A DNA stretch of 64,000 bases from Pristiophorus japonicus (GCF_044704955.1 NC_092006.1:5580001-5644000), one strand, 5' to 3'; shown: positions 49,301 to 63,400, counted from the first letter of the stretch. The notes: generated by a model not told the origin, from the sequence alone. A program made the numbers and translations.

Positions 49301-50405
49301 TAATTCTCTCCAAAACCCTTCTCATTATTAATTCTCTCCAAAACCCTTCTCCTTATTAATTCTCTCCAAAACCCTTCTCCTTATTAATTCGATCCAAAAC
49401 CCTCCTCCTTATTAATTCTCTCCAAAACCCTTCTCCTTATTAATTCTCTCCAAGACCCTTCTCCTTATTAATTCTCTCCAAGACCCTTCTCCTTATTAAT
49501 TCTCTCCAAAACCCTTCTCCTCATTAATTCTCTCCAAAACCCTTCTCCTTATTAATTCCATCCAAAACCCTTGTCCTTATTAATTCTCTCCAAAATCCTC
49601 CTCCTTATTAATTCTCTCCAAAACCCTTCTCATTATTAATTCTCTCCAAAACCCTTCTCCTTATTAATTCTCTCCAAAACCCTTATCCTTATTAATTCTA
49701 TCCAAAATCCTCCTCCTTATTAATTCTCTCCAAAACCCTCCTCCTTATTAATTCTCTCCAAAACCCTTCTCCTTATTAATTCTCTCCAAAACCCTTCTCC
49801 TTATTAATTCTATCCAAAACCCTTCTCCTTATTAATTCTATTCAAAACCCTCCTCCTTATTAATTCTCTCCAAAACCCTTCTCCTTATTAATTCTCTCCA
49901 AGACCCTTCTCCTTATTAATTCTCTCCAAGACCCTTCTCCTTATTAATTCTCTCCAAAACCCTTCTCCTTATTAATTCTATCCAAAACCCTTCTCCTTAT
50001 TAATTCTCTCCAAAACCCTTCTCCTTATTAATTCTATCCAAAAACCTTCCCATTATTAATTCTCTCCAAAACCCTTCTCCTGATTAATTGTATCCAAAAC
50101 CCTTCTCCTTATTAATTCTATCCAAAACCCTTCTCCTTATTAATTCTATCCAAAACCCTTCTCCTTATTAATTCTCTCCAAAACCCTTCTCCTTATTAAT
50201 TCTCTCCAAAACCCTTTTCCTTATTAATTCTCTCAAAAACCCTTCTCCTTATTAATTCTCTCCAAAACCCTTTTCCTTATTAATTCGCTCCAAAATCCTT
50301 CCCTTGGTTGACTCTCTCCTAACCCCTTCCTCACTCTGGCAAAACATCGAAGGCTATCTCACCTTGGAAGAGATGGAACAGCACACAGAGACCACAGAAG
50401 CTCAT
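40065..50405 (-). CDS. Gene C: non-rearranging VJ-C1-TM IgSF receptor; complement(join(40065..40316,42929..43035,45450..45755,45847..46185,50363..50405)), 348 aa
   Basis: GT-AG junctions, phases 1,1,1,0; 1047 nt; ATTAAA on the minus strand at 39216-39221, in 3' sequence homologous to that of gene B. Confidence 0.8.
41517..42101 (-). mobile_element. CR1 LINE 3' fragment
   Basis: ORFs 41462..41884 and 41898..42101. Confidence 0.9.
42929..43035 (-). CDS. Gene C exon 4, stalk and TM ([36 protein letters not shown])
   Basis: ttttcttgcag| acceptor, TCAG|gtaggg donor; 107 nt, exits in phase 0. Confidence 0.85.
43350..43670 (+). repeat. GA/GATA/GAGTTA microsatellite complex
   Basis: Directly visible. 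Confidence 0.9.
45450..45755 (-). CDS. Gene C exon 3, C1-set domain
   Basis: ttccatctag| acceptor; [30 protein letters not shown]; GGAG|gtaact donor; 306 nt. Confidence 0.93.
45847..46185 (-). CDS. Gene C exon 2, V domain with J motif [10 protein letters not shown]
   Basis: ttgtctcag| acceptor; [28 protein letters not shown]; ACAG|gtaatc donor; 339 nt. Confidence 0.95.
47185..50300 (+). repeat. 28-bp minisatellite (CCTTATTAATTCTCTCCAAAACCCTTCT) in gene C intron 1, interrupted by CR1
   Basis: Tandem copies at 47185-47275 and 48369-50300. Confidence 0.95.
47290..48368 (+). mobile_element. Young CR1 LINE with an uninterrupted 312-aa RT C-terminal ORF, inserted into the 28-bp array
   Basis: [16 protein letters not shown] motifs; (TTTCTATG)n tail. 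Confidence 0.95.
50363..50405 (-). CDS. Gene C exon 1, signal peptide [14 protein letters not shown]
   Basis: 43 nt, CAAG|gtgaga donor; mirrored in gene D. Confidence 0.82.
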
Positions 50406-50578
50406 TATCCCTGCCCCAGGAGGGTTGAACTCTGATGCTGGGACTGGCAGCTCAGGGAGGAATGCTTGTCAGCAGGTCGGTGTGAGGCTGGTGTGAAATG
50501 CCGAGCCAATTGTGGTAAGCACGCACTGTGTTTATTAATAAATGTACGATTTGGGCTGCAAAATAGTGCCGAAGCAGA

Positions 50579-50602
50579 AAGCTCTGTGTGGGTTTCCTGT
50601 TT
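50579..50602 (-). promoter_or_regulatory. Family promoter motif upstream of gene C
   Basis: aagctctgtgtgggtttcctgttt, 174 nt upstream of the ATG. Confidence 0.6.
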
Positions 50603-51104
50603 TTACAGGTAAAGAGATGAAACACACACACACCATCTGTGTTACAGAAGGCACCTCGTCTCTACGCATGTTAGTTTGACCACACTTGGAGCACTGCGCA
50701 CGGTTCTGGTCTCCATCTTTCAAAAGAATATAGAGGCACTGGAGCGGGTGTAAACAAGATTCAGAAAGATGACACCAGAACTGAGAGAGGTTATACTGAT
50801 CAGGAAAGGCTGGACAGACTGGGGCACTTTTCTCCAGAAAATTACATAGTATGCACATCACAGAAACAGACCATTCAGCCCCACCGCTCCGTGCCGGGGT
50901 TTATGCTCCACACCAGCCCCTCCCACCTCTCTCCATCTCACCCCATCCCCATATCCTTCTATTCCTTTCTCCCTCATGTGTTTATCCAGCCTCCCCTTAA
51001 ATACATCGATACTATTCGCCTCAACCCCTCCCTATGGCAGCGAGTTCCACATCTCAGCGCTCTCTGGGTCAAGAAGTTTCTCCTGAATTCCCCATTGGGT
51101 TTAT

Positions 51105-52572
51105 AAGAACATAAGAAACAGGAGCAGGAGTAGGCCATTCGGCCCCTCGAGCCTGCTCTGCCATTTAGTACGATCATGGCTGATCTGATCATGGACTCAG
51201 CTCCACTTCCCTGCCCGCCCCCTTATTCCCTTATCGTTTAAGAAACTGTCTTAAATTTATTCAATGTCCCAGCTTCCACAGCTCTCTGAGGCAGCAAATT
51301 CCACAGATTTACAACCCTCTGAGAGAAGAAATTTCTCCTCATCTCAGTTTTAAATGGGCGGCCCCTTATTCTAAGACCATGCCCCCTAGTTCTAGTCTCT
51401 CCCATCAGTGAAAACATCCTCTCTGCATCCACCTTGTCAAGCCCCCTCATAATCTTATATGTTTCGATAAGATCACCTTTCATTCTTCTGAATTCCAATG
51501 AGTAGAGGCCCAACCTACTCAACCTTTCCTCATAAGTCAACCCCCTCATCCCCGGAATCAACTGAGTGAACCTTCTCTGAACTGCCTCCAAAGCAAGTAT
51601 ATCCTTTCGTAAATATGGAAACCAAAACTGCACGCAGTACTCCAGGTGTGGCCTCACCAATACCCTGTATAACTGTAGCAAGACTTCCCTGCTTTTATAC
51701 TCCATCCCCTTTGCAATAAAGGCCAAGATTCCATTGGTCTTCCTGATCACTTGCTGTACCTGCATACTATCCTTTTGTGTTTCATGCACAAGTACCCCCA
51801 GGTCCCGCTGTACTGCAGCACTTTGCAATCTTTCTCCATTTAAATAATAACTTGCTCTTTGATTTTTTTCTGCCAAAGTGCATGACTTCACACTTTCCAA
51901 CATTATACTCCATCTGCCAAATTTTTGCCCACTCACTTAGCCTGTCTCTGTCCTTTTGCAGATTTTTTGTGTCCTCCTCACACATTGTTTTTCCTCCCAT
52001 CTTTGTATCATCAGCAAACTTGGCTACGTTACACTCAGTCCCTTCTTCCAAGTCGTCAATCTAGATTCCAAGTCGCCAATACAACACTGATCCCTGCGGC
52101 ACCCCCCTAGATACAGATTGCCAATCTGAGAATGAACCATTTATCCCGACTCTCTGTTTTCTGTTTGTTAGCCAATCCTCTAATCATGCTAATATATTGC
52201 CCCCAACCCCGTAAACTTTTATCTTGTGCAGTAACCTTTCATGTGGCACCTTGTCAAATGCCTTCTGGAAGTCCAAATACACCACATCCACTGGTTCCCC
52301 TTTATCCATCTTGTTCATTACATCCTAAAAGAATTCCAGCAAATTTGTCAAACATGACTTCCCCTTCATAAATCCATGCTGACTCTGCCTGACCCAATTT
52401 TGCTTTTCCAAATGTCCTGCTACTGCTTCTTTAATAATGCACTCCAACATTTTCCCGACCACAGATGTTAGGCTAACTGGTCTATAGTTTCCTGCTTTTT
52501 GTCTGCCTCCTTTTTTAAATAGGGGCGTTACATTTGAAGTTTTCCAATCTGCTGGGACCTCTGCAGAATCCA
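51105..52572 (-). mobile_element. CR1 LINE, longer degenerate ORF2 fragment
   Basis: NYRPVSLTS..GK, FADD and C-terminal motifs across frameshifted ORFs. Confidence 0.92.
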
Positions 52573-54881
52573 TTTATGAGTGACTGTCTTATATCGATGG
52601 CCCCCTCGTTCTGGTCTTCTCCCTCAAGTTGGAAGCATCTCTATTGTGAGGCAGAAGTGGATATGATCCATTCAGACTTCCCTATAACGGTGGTGAGCAC
52701 ATATTTGAGGTATGGAGAACCCAGATGCAATGAAAATGGGTTAAGAATGTAAAAAAACACAAGATAAGGCCCGAGGACTGTGCAAGAAACAGACCTGGGA
52801 AACATAGACATAGAAACACAGAAAATAGGTGCAGGAGCAGGCCATTCGACCCTTCGAGCCTGCACCACCATTCAATATGATCATGGCTGATCATGCAACT
52901 TCAGTACCCCATTCCTGCTTTCTCTCCATACCCCCTTGATCCCTTTAGCCGTAAGGGCCACATCTAACTCCTTTTTGAATATATCCAACGAACTGGCCTC
53001 AACAACTTTCTGTGGTAGAGAATTCCACAGGTTCACAATTCTCTGAGTGAAGAAGTTTCTCCTCATCTTGGTCCTAAATGGCTTACCCCTTATCCTTAGA
53101 CTGTGACCCCTGGTTCTGGACTTCCCCAACATCGGGAACATTCTTCCTGCATCTAGAATTGGCTTCGAAAAGGCGGATCCCACCAATAGTGAGAGTTAAT
53201 AACTAACTTTACTGCATGCATTTCTGTTCAAACTATAAACGAGGTCAGGTGTAATCGAATAAACAGGGCTCGACGATTTCTGGAGACTGGGGCAAACCGG
53301 GTTCAACTGGGTGCTGTCTATAATACACGTGTCTTAATTTCCAGAATTATCCAGATAACCAATTATTCACACGAGTGAATCTAGGTAAATAAGATTAACT
53401 CGCAGCACAACTCATTGCAAAATCCGTCGTCCCCTTTTAGGATTGATGGAACTTTATGTCAGAATATATGGGTTTAAAAAGAACAAGTTTTTCCAGAAAG
53501 CAGCAGTAAGGGTGTGTTACCAGCTATAATCCGCAAACTCTGTATAAAACGTTGAGGGGGCTTGGAACCAGAAAAGCCAGCGTGTTGCAGACAATGTGCT
53601 GTCCCAGTATGGAGATCTGTGCTCCAATTTATTCTGTCCCAGGCCTCAAAACAGCAAATGTGCGGTTTGGTCACTCCTGGGAATCGCCACTTCTATCATC
53701 GCGGCATCCCCACCGACACCTGGGAGTCCCTGTGGCCAAAGACCAGTGGAGGAAGTGCATCCGGGAGGGCGCTGAGCACCTCGAGTCTGGTCGCCGAGAG
53801 CGTGCAGAAACCAAGCGCAGGCAGCGGAAGGAGCGTGCGGCAAACCTGTCCCACCCTCCCCTTACCCTCAACCACTGTCTGTCCCACCCGTGACAGGGGA
53901 CTGTGGCTCTCGTATTGGACTGTTCGGCCACCGAAGGACTCATGCAAAGAGTGGAAGCGAGTCTTCCTCGATTCCGAAGGTCTGCCGACGATGATGATTA
54001 TATTGTAGGACAGCTCTGTCTTCTACGTCGATGTGTATGCGCGTCGTGCACAACGGTTGATTCACATCCGAATCATTAAAAGATTTGTTTGCCAGTGATA
54101 TCAAGGGCTTTTATTTTGCACTGGAAGTTGAGAATAAATGGACCTGAAACGGGAAGTTCTACTGACAGCACTGCGGTATAGCGCCGGCTAGCGATTAAAT
54201 TGATGTTGTGCAACCCCCCCCCCAAAGGCCAGTTATCGCACTCAGTACCCCAGGGTGAGAGGTTCCTTGGGTATTTGACGATCCGGACATTTCTTTGGCC
54301 AGTACCGCGCGGACCCACTAATTCAAGAGGACTGGTGGGTCAGTGCTCAGTTGAAATCTGATATCCCCCACACAACAGAGAAATGCAGTTCATTGCAGGG
54401 GTCCCGCAAATAACCCATCTTTTAGCACCAGGAGGAGGCCATTCAGCCCCTCGAGCCTGCGGTTCCATTCAGTTAGCTCATGGGCTGATCTGTATCTTAA
54501 CCCCATCCACCTGCCTTGGTCCCATAACCCTGAATACCCTTACCCAACAAATAACTATCCATCTTAGTTTTGACATTTTACAATTGCCCCCCCCCCCAGC
54601 CTCGACAGCTTTCTGAGGTAGAGAGTTCCACATTGCCACTACCCTTTGTGTGAAGAAGGGCTTCCTGACATCAACCCTCAATGGCCTGGCTCTAATTTTA
54701 AGGTGACATCCCCTTGTTCTGGACTCCCCCCACCAAGAGGCCATAGTTTCTCTCAATCTACCCCCTCAACTCCTTCAATCATCTTAAATACTTCAAATAG
54801 ATCATTCCTTGATCTTCTATATTCAAGAGAATTCAAGCCTCGTCCATGCAAACGGTCCTCACAATTGAACTCTTTCCCATA

Positions 54882-55580
54882 GTGTCAGCTGTGGTTGTGG
54901 GTAGCACACTCGTCTCAGAGTCAGAAGGTCATCGGTTCAAGTCCCACTCCAGGAACTTGAGCATATAAATCCAGGATGGCACTCCCAGTGCAGTGCTGAG
55001 GGAGCGCCGCACTGTCGGAGGGGCGGTGCTGAGGGAGCGCCGCACTGTCGGAGGGGCGGTGCTGAGGGAGCGCTGCACTGTCGGAGGGGCAGTGCTGAGG
55101 GAGCGCCGCACTGTCAGAGAGGCGGTACTGAGGGAGTGCCGCACTGTCGGAGGGGCAGTGCTGAGGGCGCGCCGCACTGTCGGAGGGGCCGTACTGAGGG
55201 AGTGCCGCATTGTCATAGGGACGATACTGAGGGAGCGCCGCACTGTCGGAGGTGCTGTCTTTCAGATGAGACATTTAAACCGAGGCCCTGTCTGCCCTCT
55301 CAAGTGGATGTAAAAGATCCCATGGCACTATTTCGAAGAAGAGTAGGGGAGTTATCTCTGGTTCTTGGCCAATATTTATCCCTCAATCTACAAAGCAGAT
55401 GATCTGGGTCATTATCACATTGCTGTGTGTGGGAGCTTGCTGTGCGCAAATTCAGCTGCCGCGTTTCTCACATTACAACAGTAACTATACTCCAAAAGTA
55501 CTTCATTGCTGTAAAGCGCAGTTTGAGACATCCAGTGGTCATGAAAGGCGCTCTATAACTGCAATGGTTTTCTTCTTTCT
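54882..55580 (+). mobile_element. DeuSINE (SacSINE1-like) with 33-bp tandem expansion
   Basis: Head, array 54985-55250, Deu core, tail. Confidence 0.8.
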
Positions 55581-57214
55581 AGCCCCTGCATAATGTATCT
55601 GTTTAAGTCTCAAATGAGGTACTGTATACTGGGATTACTCCAACCCCGGTAGATTTCTCTATTTGAACTAACCGGAACTACGCGTGAGTTGGATAAAATT
55701 TACCAAAGATATTTGATAGCATTCCATTGCTACCACAAGTCACACACCACCTCGGGATTTCCGGATCTGCTTTACAGCCAACGGAGCAACATTTTCAAGT
55801 GTGGTCACTGGTGCAATGTCGGGACACGCGGCCAATTTCCGCACAGCAAGCTCCCACAAACTCACGCTTACCAAAAGAAAATCACTAAACTGGCTGTAAA
55901 GCGCGTTGGGACGTCCTGATGTCGTGAAAGGCACTATATAAATTCCCTAAATTAAGAAGTGTGGGTTATAGACAGGCCCCAGTCTCTAGAACTTGTCGGT
56001 CCCTGTTTACCGATTACACCTAGTTCGAACAGAAATGCACACAGTAAAGTTAGTTATTTATTCTCAATATTGTTTCCGATCCTCCTTTTCTAAGAGGAGC
56101 CAATTCTAGTTCTCGGGTCTGTTTCTTGCACAGTCCTCGGGCCTTATCTTGTGTGTTTTTACATTCTTAACACGTCTACATTACATCTGACTTCTCCATA
56201 CCTCAAATATGTGCTCACCCCCCACCCCGTTATAGAGAAGGCTGTATGGATCCTATCCACTACCGTCTCACAATAGAGATGTTTCCACTTGTGGGAGAGC
56301 CTAGATCTAGGGGGCCATCACTATACGACAGTCACCCATAAATCCAATGGGGAATTCAGGAGAAACTTCATCACCCAGAAAATGGGGAGAATGTGGAACT
56401 CGCTGCCAAAGGGAGGGGTTGAAACATAGAATCATAGAAAATAGGTGCAGGAACAGGCCATTCGGCCCTTTGAACCTGCACCACCATTCAATATGATCAT
56501 GGCTGATCATGCAACTTCAGTACCCCATTCCTGCTTTCTCTCCATACCCCCTTGATCCCTTCAGCCGTAAGGACCACATCTAACTCCCTTTTGAATATAT
56601 CCAACGAACTGGCCTCAACAACTCTCTGCAGGAGAGACTTCCACAGGTTCACAATTCTCTGAGTGAAGATGTTTCTCCTCATCTCGGTCCTAGATGGCTT
56701 ACCCCTTATCCTGAGAGTGTGACCCCTGGTTCTGGACTTCCCCAACATCGGGAACATTCTTCCTGCATCTACCCGGTCCAATCCCGGCAGAATCTGAGGC
56801 GAATAGTATCGATGCATTTAAGGGGAGGCTGGATCAACACATGAGGGAGAAAGGAATAGAAGGATATGGGGATGGGGTGAGATGGAGAGTGGTGGGAGGG
56901 GCTGGTGTGGAGCATAAACCCCTCATGGAGCGGTGGGGCTGAATGATCTGTTTCTGTGATGTACATTCTCTCTAATTTTCGAGAGAAAAGTGCCCCAGTC
57001 TGTTGAGCCTTTCCTGATCAGTGTAACCTCTCTCAATTCTGGTGTCATCTTTCTGAATCTTGTTTACACCCGCTCCAGTGTCTCTATATTCTTTTGAAAG
57101 ATGGAGACCAGAACCGTGCGCAGTGCTCCAAGTGTGGTCAAACTAACATGCGTAGAGACGAGGTGCCTTCTGTAACACAGATGGTGTGTGTGTGTTTTAT
57201 CTCTTTACCTGTAA

Positions 57215-57238
57215 AAACAGGAAACCCACACAGAGCTT
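57215..57238 (+). promoter_or_regulatory. Family promoter motif upstream of gene D
   Basis: aaacaggaaacccacacagagctt, 174 nt upstream of the ATG. Confidence 0.6.
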
Positions 57239-57411
57239 TCTGCCTTGGCACTATTTTGCAGCCCAAATCGTACATTTATTAATAAACACAGTGCGTGCTT
57301 ACCACAATTGGCTCGGCATTTCACACCAGCCTCGCACAGACCTGCTGACAACCATTCCTCCCTGAGCTGACAGTCTCAGCATCAGAGTTCAACCCTCCTG
57401 GGGCAGTGATA

Positions 57412-60400
57412 ATGAGCTTCTGTGGCCTCTGTGTGCTGTTCTATCTCTTCCAAGGTGAGATAGCCTTCGATGTTTTGCCAGAGTGGGGAAGGGATTAGGA
57501 GAGAGTAAACCAAGGGAAGGGTTTTGGAGCGAATTAATAAGGAAAAGGGTTTTGGAGAGAATTAATAAGGAGAAGGGTTTTGGAGAGAATTAAAAAGGAG
57601 AAGGGTTTTGGAGGGAATTAATAAGGAGAAGGGTTTTGGATAGAATTAATGAGGAGAAGGGTTTTGGAGAGAATTAATAAGGAGAAGGGTTTTGGAGAGA
57701 ATTAATAAGGAGAAGGGTTTTGGATACAATTAATCAGGAGAAGGGTTTTGGATAGATTTAATAATGAGAAGGGTTTTGGATAGAATTAATAAGGAGAAGG
57801 GTTTTGGAGAGAATTAATAAGGAGAAGGGTTTTGGATAGAATTAATGAGGAGAAGGGTTTTGGAGAGAATTAATAAGGAGAAGGGTTTTGGATACAATTA
57901 ATCAGGAGAAGGGTTTTGGATAGATTTAATAATGAGAAGGGTTTTGGATAGAATTAATAAGGAGAAGGGTTTTGGATAGAATTAATAAGGAGAAGAGTTT
58001 GGATAGATTTAAAAATGAGAAAGGTTTTGGATAGAATTAATAAGGAGAAGGGTATTGGAGAGAATTAATAAGGAGAAGGGTTTTGGATACAATTAATAAG
58101 GAGAAGGGTTTTGGATACAATTAATAAGGAGAAGGGTTTTGGATAGAATTAATAAGGAGAAGAGTTTGGATAGATTTAATAATGAGAAAGGTTTTGGATA
58201 GAATTAATAAGGAGAAGGGTTTTGGATACAATTAATAAGGAGAAGGGTTTTGGATAGATTTAATAATGAGAAGGGTTTTGGATAGAATTAATAAGGAGAA
58301 GGGTTTTGGAGAGAATTAATAAGGAGAAGGGTTTTGGAGATAATTAATAAGGAGAAGGGTTTTGAATAGATTTAATAATGAGAAGGGTTTTGGATAGAAT
58401 TAATAAGGAGAAGGGTTTTGGATAGAATTAATAAGGAGAAGGATTTTGGACAGAATTAATAAGGAGAAGGGTTTTGGATAGAATTAATATGGAGAAGGTT
58501 TTGGAGAGAATTAATAAGGAGAAGGGTTTTGGAGAGAATTAATAAGGGGAAGGTTTTGGAGAGAGTTAATAAGGAGGAGGGTTTTGGAAAGCATTAATAA
58601 GGAGAAGGGTTTTGGAGAGAATTAATAAGGAGACGGGTTTTGCATAGATTTAATAAGGAGAAGGGTTTTGTAGAGAATTAATAAGGAGAAGGGTTTGGAG
58701 AGAATTAATAAGGACAAGGGTTTGCATAGATTTAATAATGAGAAGGGTTTTGGATAGATTTAATAATGAGAAGGGTTTTGGATAGAATTAATAATGAGAA
58801 GGGTTTTGGAGAGAATTAATAAGGAGAAGGGTTTTGGAGAGAATTAATAAGGAGAAGGGTTTTGGATAGAATTAATAATGAGAAGGGTTTTGGATAGAAT
58901 TAATAATGAGAAGGTGTTTTGGATAGAATTAATAATGAGAACGGTTTTGGATAGAATTAATAAGGAGAAGGGTTTTGGAAAGAATTAATAAGGAGAAGGG
59001 TTTTGGAGAGAATTAATAAGGAGAAGGGTTTTGGATAGAATTAATAATGAGAAGGGTTTTGGATAGAATTAATAAGGAGAAGGGTTTTGGAAAGAATTAA
59101 TAAGGAGAAGGGTTTTGGAGAGAATTAATAAGGAGAAGGGTTTTGGATAGATTTAATAAGGAGAAGGGTTTTGGATAGATTTAATAAGGAGAAGGATTTT
59201 GGATAGAATTAATAATGAAAAGGGTTTTGGATAGAATTAATAAGGAGAAGGGTTTTGGAAAGAATTAATAAGGAGAAGGGTTTTGGAGAGAATTAATAAG
59301 GAGAAGGGTTTTGGATAGAATTAATAAGGGGAAGGTTTTGGAGAGAGTTAATAAGGAGGAGGGTTTTGGAAAGCATTAATAAGGAGAAGGGTTTTGGAGA
59401 GAATTAATAAGGAGACGGGTTTTGCATAGATTTAATAAGGAGAAGGGTTTTGAAGAGAATTAATAAGGAGCAGGGTTTGGAGAGAATTAATAAGGAGAAG
59501 GGTTTGGATAGATTTAATAATGAGAAGGGTTTTGGATAGATTTAATAATGAGAAGGGTTTTGGATAGAATTAATAATGAGAAGGGTTTTGGAGAGAATTA
59601 ATAAGGAGAAGGGTTTTGGAGAGAATTAATAAGGAGAAGGGTTTTGGATAGAATTAATAATGAGAAGGGTTTTGGATAGAATTAATAATGAGAAGGTGTT
59701 TTGGATAGAATTAATAATGAGAACGGTTTTGGATAGAATTAATAAGGAGAAGGGTTTTGGAAAGAATTAATAAGGAGAAGGGTTTTGGAGAGAATTAATA
59801 AGGAGAAGGGTTTTGGATAGAATTAATAATGAGAAGGGTTTTGGATAGAATTAATAAGGAGAAGGGTTTTGGAAAGAATTAATAAGGAGAAGGGTTTTGG
59901 AGAGAATTAATAAGGAGAAGGGTTTTGGATAGATTTAATAAGGAGAAGGGTTTTGGATAGATTTAATAAGGAGAAGGGTTTTGGATAGAATTAATAATGA
60001 GAAGGGTTTTGGATAGAATTAATAAGGAGAAGGGTTTTGGAGAGAATTAATAAGGAGAAGGGTTTTGAATAGATTTAATAATGAGAAGGGTTTTGGATAG
60101 AATTAATAAGGAGAAGGGTATTGGAGAGAATTAATAAGGAGAAGGGTTTTGGATACAATTAATAAGGAGAAGGGTTTTGGATACAATTAATAAGGGGAAG
60201 GGTTTTGGATAGAATTAATAAGGAGAAGAGTTTGGATAGATTTAATAATGAGAAAGGTTTTGGATAGAATTAATAAGGAGAAGGGTTTTGGTTACAATTA
60301 ATAAGGAGAAGGGTTTTGGATAGATTTAATAATGAGAAGGGTTTTGGATAGAATTAATAAGGAGAAGGGTTTTGGAGAGAATTAATAAGGAGAAGGGTTT

Positions 60401-63400
60401 TGGAGATAATTAATAAGGAGAAGGGTTTTGAATAGATTTAATAATGAGAAGGGTTTTGGATAGAATTAATAAGGAGAAGGGTTTTGGATAGAATTAATAA
60501 GGAGAAGGATTTTGGACAGAATTAATAAGGAGAAGGGTTTTGGATAGAATTAATATGGAGAAGGTTTTGGAGAGAATTAATAAGGAGAAGGGTTTTGGAG
60601 AGAATTAATAAGGGGAAGGTTTTGGAGAGAGTTAATAAGGAGGAGGGTTTTGGAAAGCATTAATAAGGAGAAGGGTTTTGGAGAGAATTAATAAGGAGAC
60701 GGGTTTTGCATAGATTTAATAAGGAGAAGGGTTTTGTAGAGAATTAATAAGGAGAAGGGTTTGGAGAGAATTAATAAGGACAAGGGTTTGCATAGATTTA
60801 ATAATGAGAAGGGTTTTGGATAGATTTAATAATGAGAAGGGTTTTGGATAGAATTAATAATGAGAAGGGTTTTGGAGAGAATTAATAAGGAGAAGGGTTT
60901 TGGAGAGAATTAATAAGGAGAAGGGTTTTGGATAGAATTAATAATGAGAAGGGTTTTGGATAGAAGTAATAATGAGAAGGTGTTTTGGATAGAATTAATA
61001 ATGAGAACGGTTTTGGATAGAATTAATAAGGAGAAGGGTTTTGGAAAGAATTAATAAGGAGAAGGGTTTTGGAGAGAATTAATAAGGAGAAGGGTTTTGG
61101 ATAGAATTAATAATGAGAAGGGTTTTGGATAGAATTAATAAGGAGAAGGGTTTTGGAAAGAATTAATAAGGAGAAGGGTTTTGGAGAGAATTAATAAGGA
61201 GAAGGGTTTTGGATAGATTTAATAAGGAGAAGGGTTTTGGATAGATTTAATAAGGAGAAGGATTTTGGATAGAATTAATAATGAAAAGGGTTTTGGATAG
61301 AATTAATAAGGAGAAGGGTTTTGTAAAGAATTAATAAGGAGAAGGGTTTTGGAGAGAATTAATAAGGAGAAGGGTTTTGGATAGAATTAATAAGGGGAAG
61401 GTTTTGGAGAGAGTTAATAAGGAGGAGGGTTTTGGAAAGCATTAATAAGGAGAAGGGTTTTGGAGAGAATTAATAGGAGACGGGTTTTGCATAGATTTAA
61501 TAAGGAGAAGGGTTTTGAAGAGAATTAATCAGGAGAAGGGTTTTGGATAGAATTAATAATGAGAAGGGTTTTGGAGAGAATTAATAAGGAGAAGGGTTTT
61601 GGAGAGAATTAATAAGGAGAAGGGTTTTGGATAGAATTAATAATGAGAAGGGTTTTGGATAGAATTAATAATGAGAAGGTGTTTTGGATAGAATTAATAA
61701 TGAGAACGGTTTTGGATAGAATTAATAAGGAGAAGGGTTTTGGAAAGAATTAATAAGGAGAAGGGTTTTGGAGAGAATTAATAAGGAGAAGGGTTTTGGA
61801 TAGAATTAATAATGAGAAGGGTTTTGGATAGAATTAATAAGGAGAAGGGTTTTGGAAAGAATTAATAAGGAGAAGGGTTTTGGAGAGAATTAATAAGGAG
61901 AAGGGTTTTGGATAGATTTAATAAGGAGAAGGGTTTTGGATAGATTTAATAAGGAGAAGGGTTTTGTATAGAATTAATAATGAGAAGGGTTTTGGATAGA
62001 ATTAACAAGGAGAAGGGTTTTGGAAAGAATTAATAAGGAGAAGGGTTTTGGAGAGAATTAATAAGGAGAAGGGTTTTGGATAGAATTAATAATGAGAAGG
62101 GTTTTGGATAGAATTAATAATGAGAAGGAGTTTTGGATAGAATTAATAAGGAGATGGGTTTTGGAGAGAATTAATAAGGAGAAGGGTTTTGGAGAGAATT
62201 AATAAGGAGAAGCGTTTTGGAGAGAATTAATAAGGAGAAGGGTTTTGGAGAGAATTAATAAGGAGAAGCGTTTTGGAGAGAATTAATAAGGAGACGGGTT
62301 TTGGAGAGAATTAATAAGGAGACGGGTTTTGGAGAGAATTAATAAGGAGAAGGGTTTTGGAGAGAATTAATAAGGAGACGGGTTTTGGAGAGAATTAATA
62401 AGGAGACGAGTTTTGGAGAGAATTAATAAGGAGAAGGGTTTTGGAGAGAATTAATAAGGAGAAGGTTTCCGATCGAGTAAAGAAGGAGAGATTGTTTCCA
62501 GTGGGAGGAGGGTGTGGGTAAGCAGAGGACACATGTTTGAGATAATCGGTAACAGAACCAGAGGTGGAGTTCAGGACGTGTTTTCAAGCCCTGGGAGCTT
62601 GTGCTCGGGAACGCGCTGCCTGAAAGGGGCACTGGGAGCAGATGAAAAAGTGACTTTCAAACGGGGGAATTGGATAAATATTTGGAAAGAGGCAATATGC
62701 CGGGCTGTGGGGAAAGAGCAGGGGCGGAGTGGGAATGATTGAGTCGCTCTGTCACAGAGCCGGCACAACACAGGTTTGATGGGCCGAATGGCCTCCTGTG
62801 TTGCATCGTTCGATGATGCACAAGTTTGCGTTTAACTATAATTTTTTTAAGAAGCAGATTAGATATTGGGCAAAGTATAAAGGTGTGCGGGCTTCGCTCA
62901 ATACCGATAGCGCGACTTTGGAGCCGAACATTGTGATGGGTGAGTGGAAGCGAATGTGACACTGAACTGCCCCCTAACTGAGATAAAGATGTCAGTGAAC
63001 TCCGGTATTTGAAGGCGAGGGTCTGCCGTTGGGAGAGGGGGGCCTGTCTAGTGGAATTAGTGAGAAAGCTATCGCCCCATTTTAACACAATCAAGCGCCC
63101 CCCCCGGTCCCCAACCCCTGGAGAGATGGACTGGAGAGCCGGGTTAGACCAGGGGGAAGCATAATCGGTTTGGGAGAAGGCTTTTGCAATCTTAACTGCA
63201 GCCAGTCGCCATGGTGCTCGCCAATGATTGGAGCGGATTTCACAGCGAACTGACTCGGACTGTGCGCCTGTGGTAATTGCGGGCGGAGAGGCGCAATTTA
63301 ACGGTGCGCAGCGCGGCGGAATTTCCCACACGCGCTCCCGACGCGCCAGTGGAGGGGAATTTGAGATGTGTCGGTATCCAGGGTGACTCGGGGGCCTATA

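Noticed and set aside
380-53186. Many 100-312 aa ORFs ([27 protein letters not shown]) as host genes
   Set aside because: They are 5'-truncated CR1 ORF2 C-termini with CR1 3' tails; no complete element is present.
54882-54960. tRNA-like sequences with A/B boxes (also ~8390-8450, ~27310-27387, ~37790-37850)
   Set aside because: SINE heads attached to Deu-domain bodies, not tRNA genes.
48369-62465. 28-, 33-, 37- and 38-bp arrays as CRISPR arrays
   Set aside because: Head-to-tail repeats without unique spacers, no cas genes, vertebrate context.
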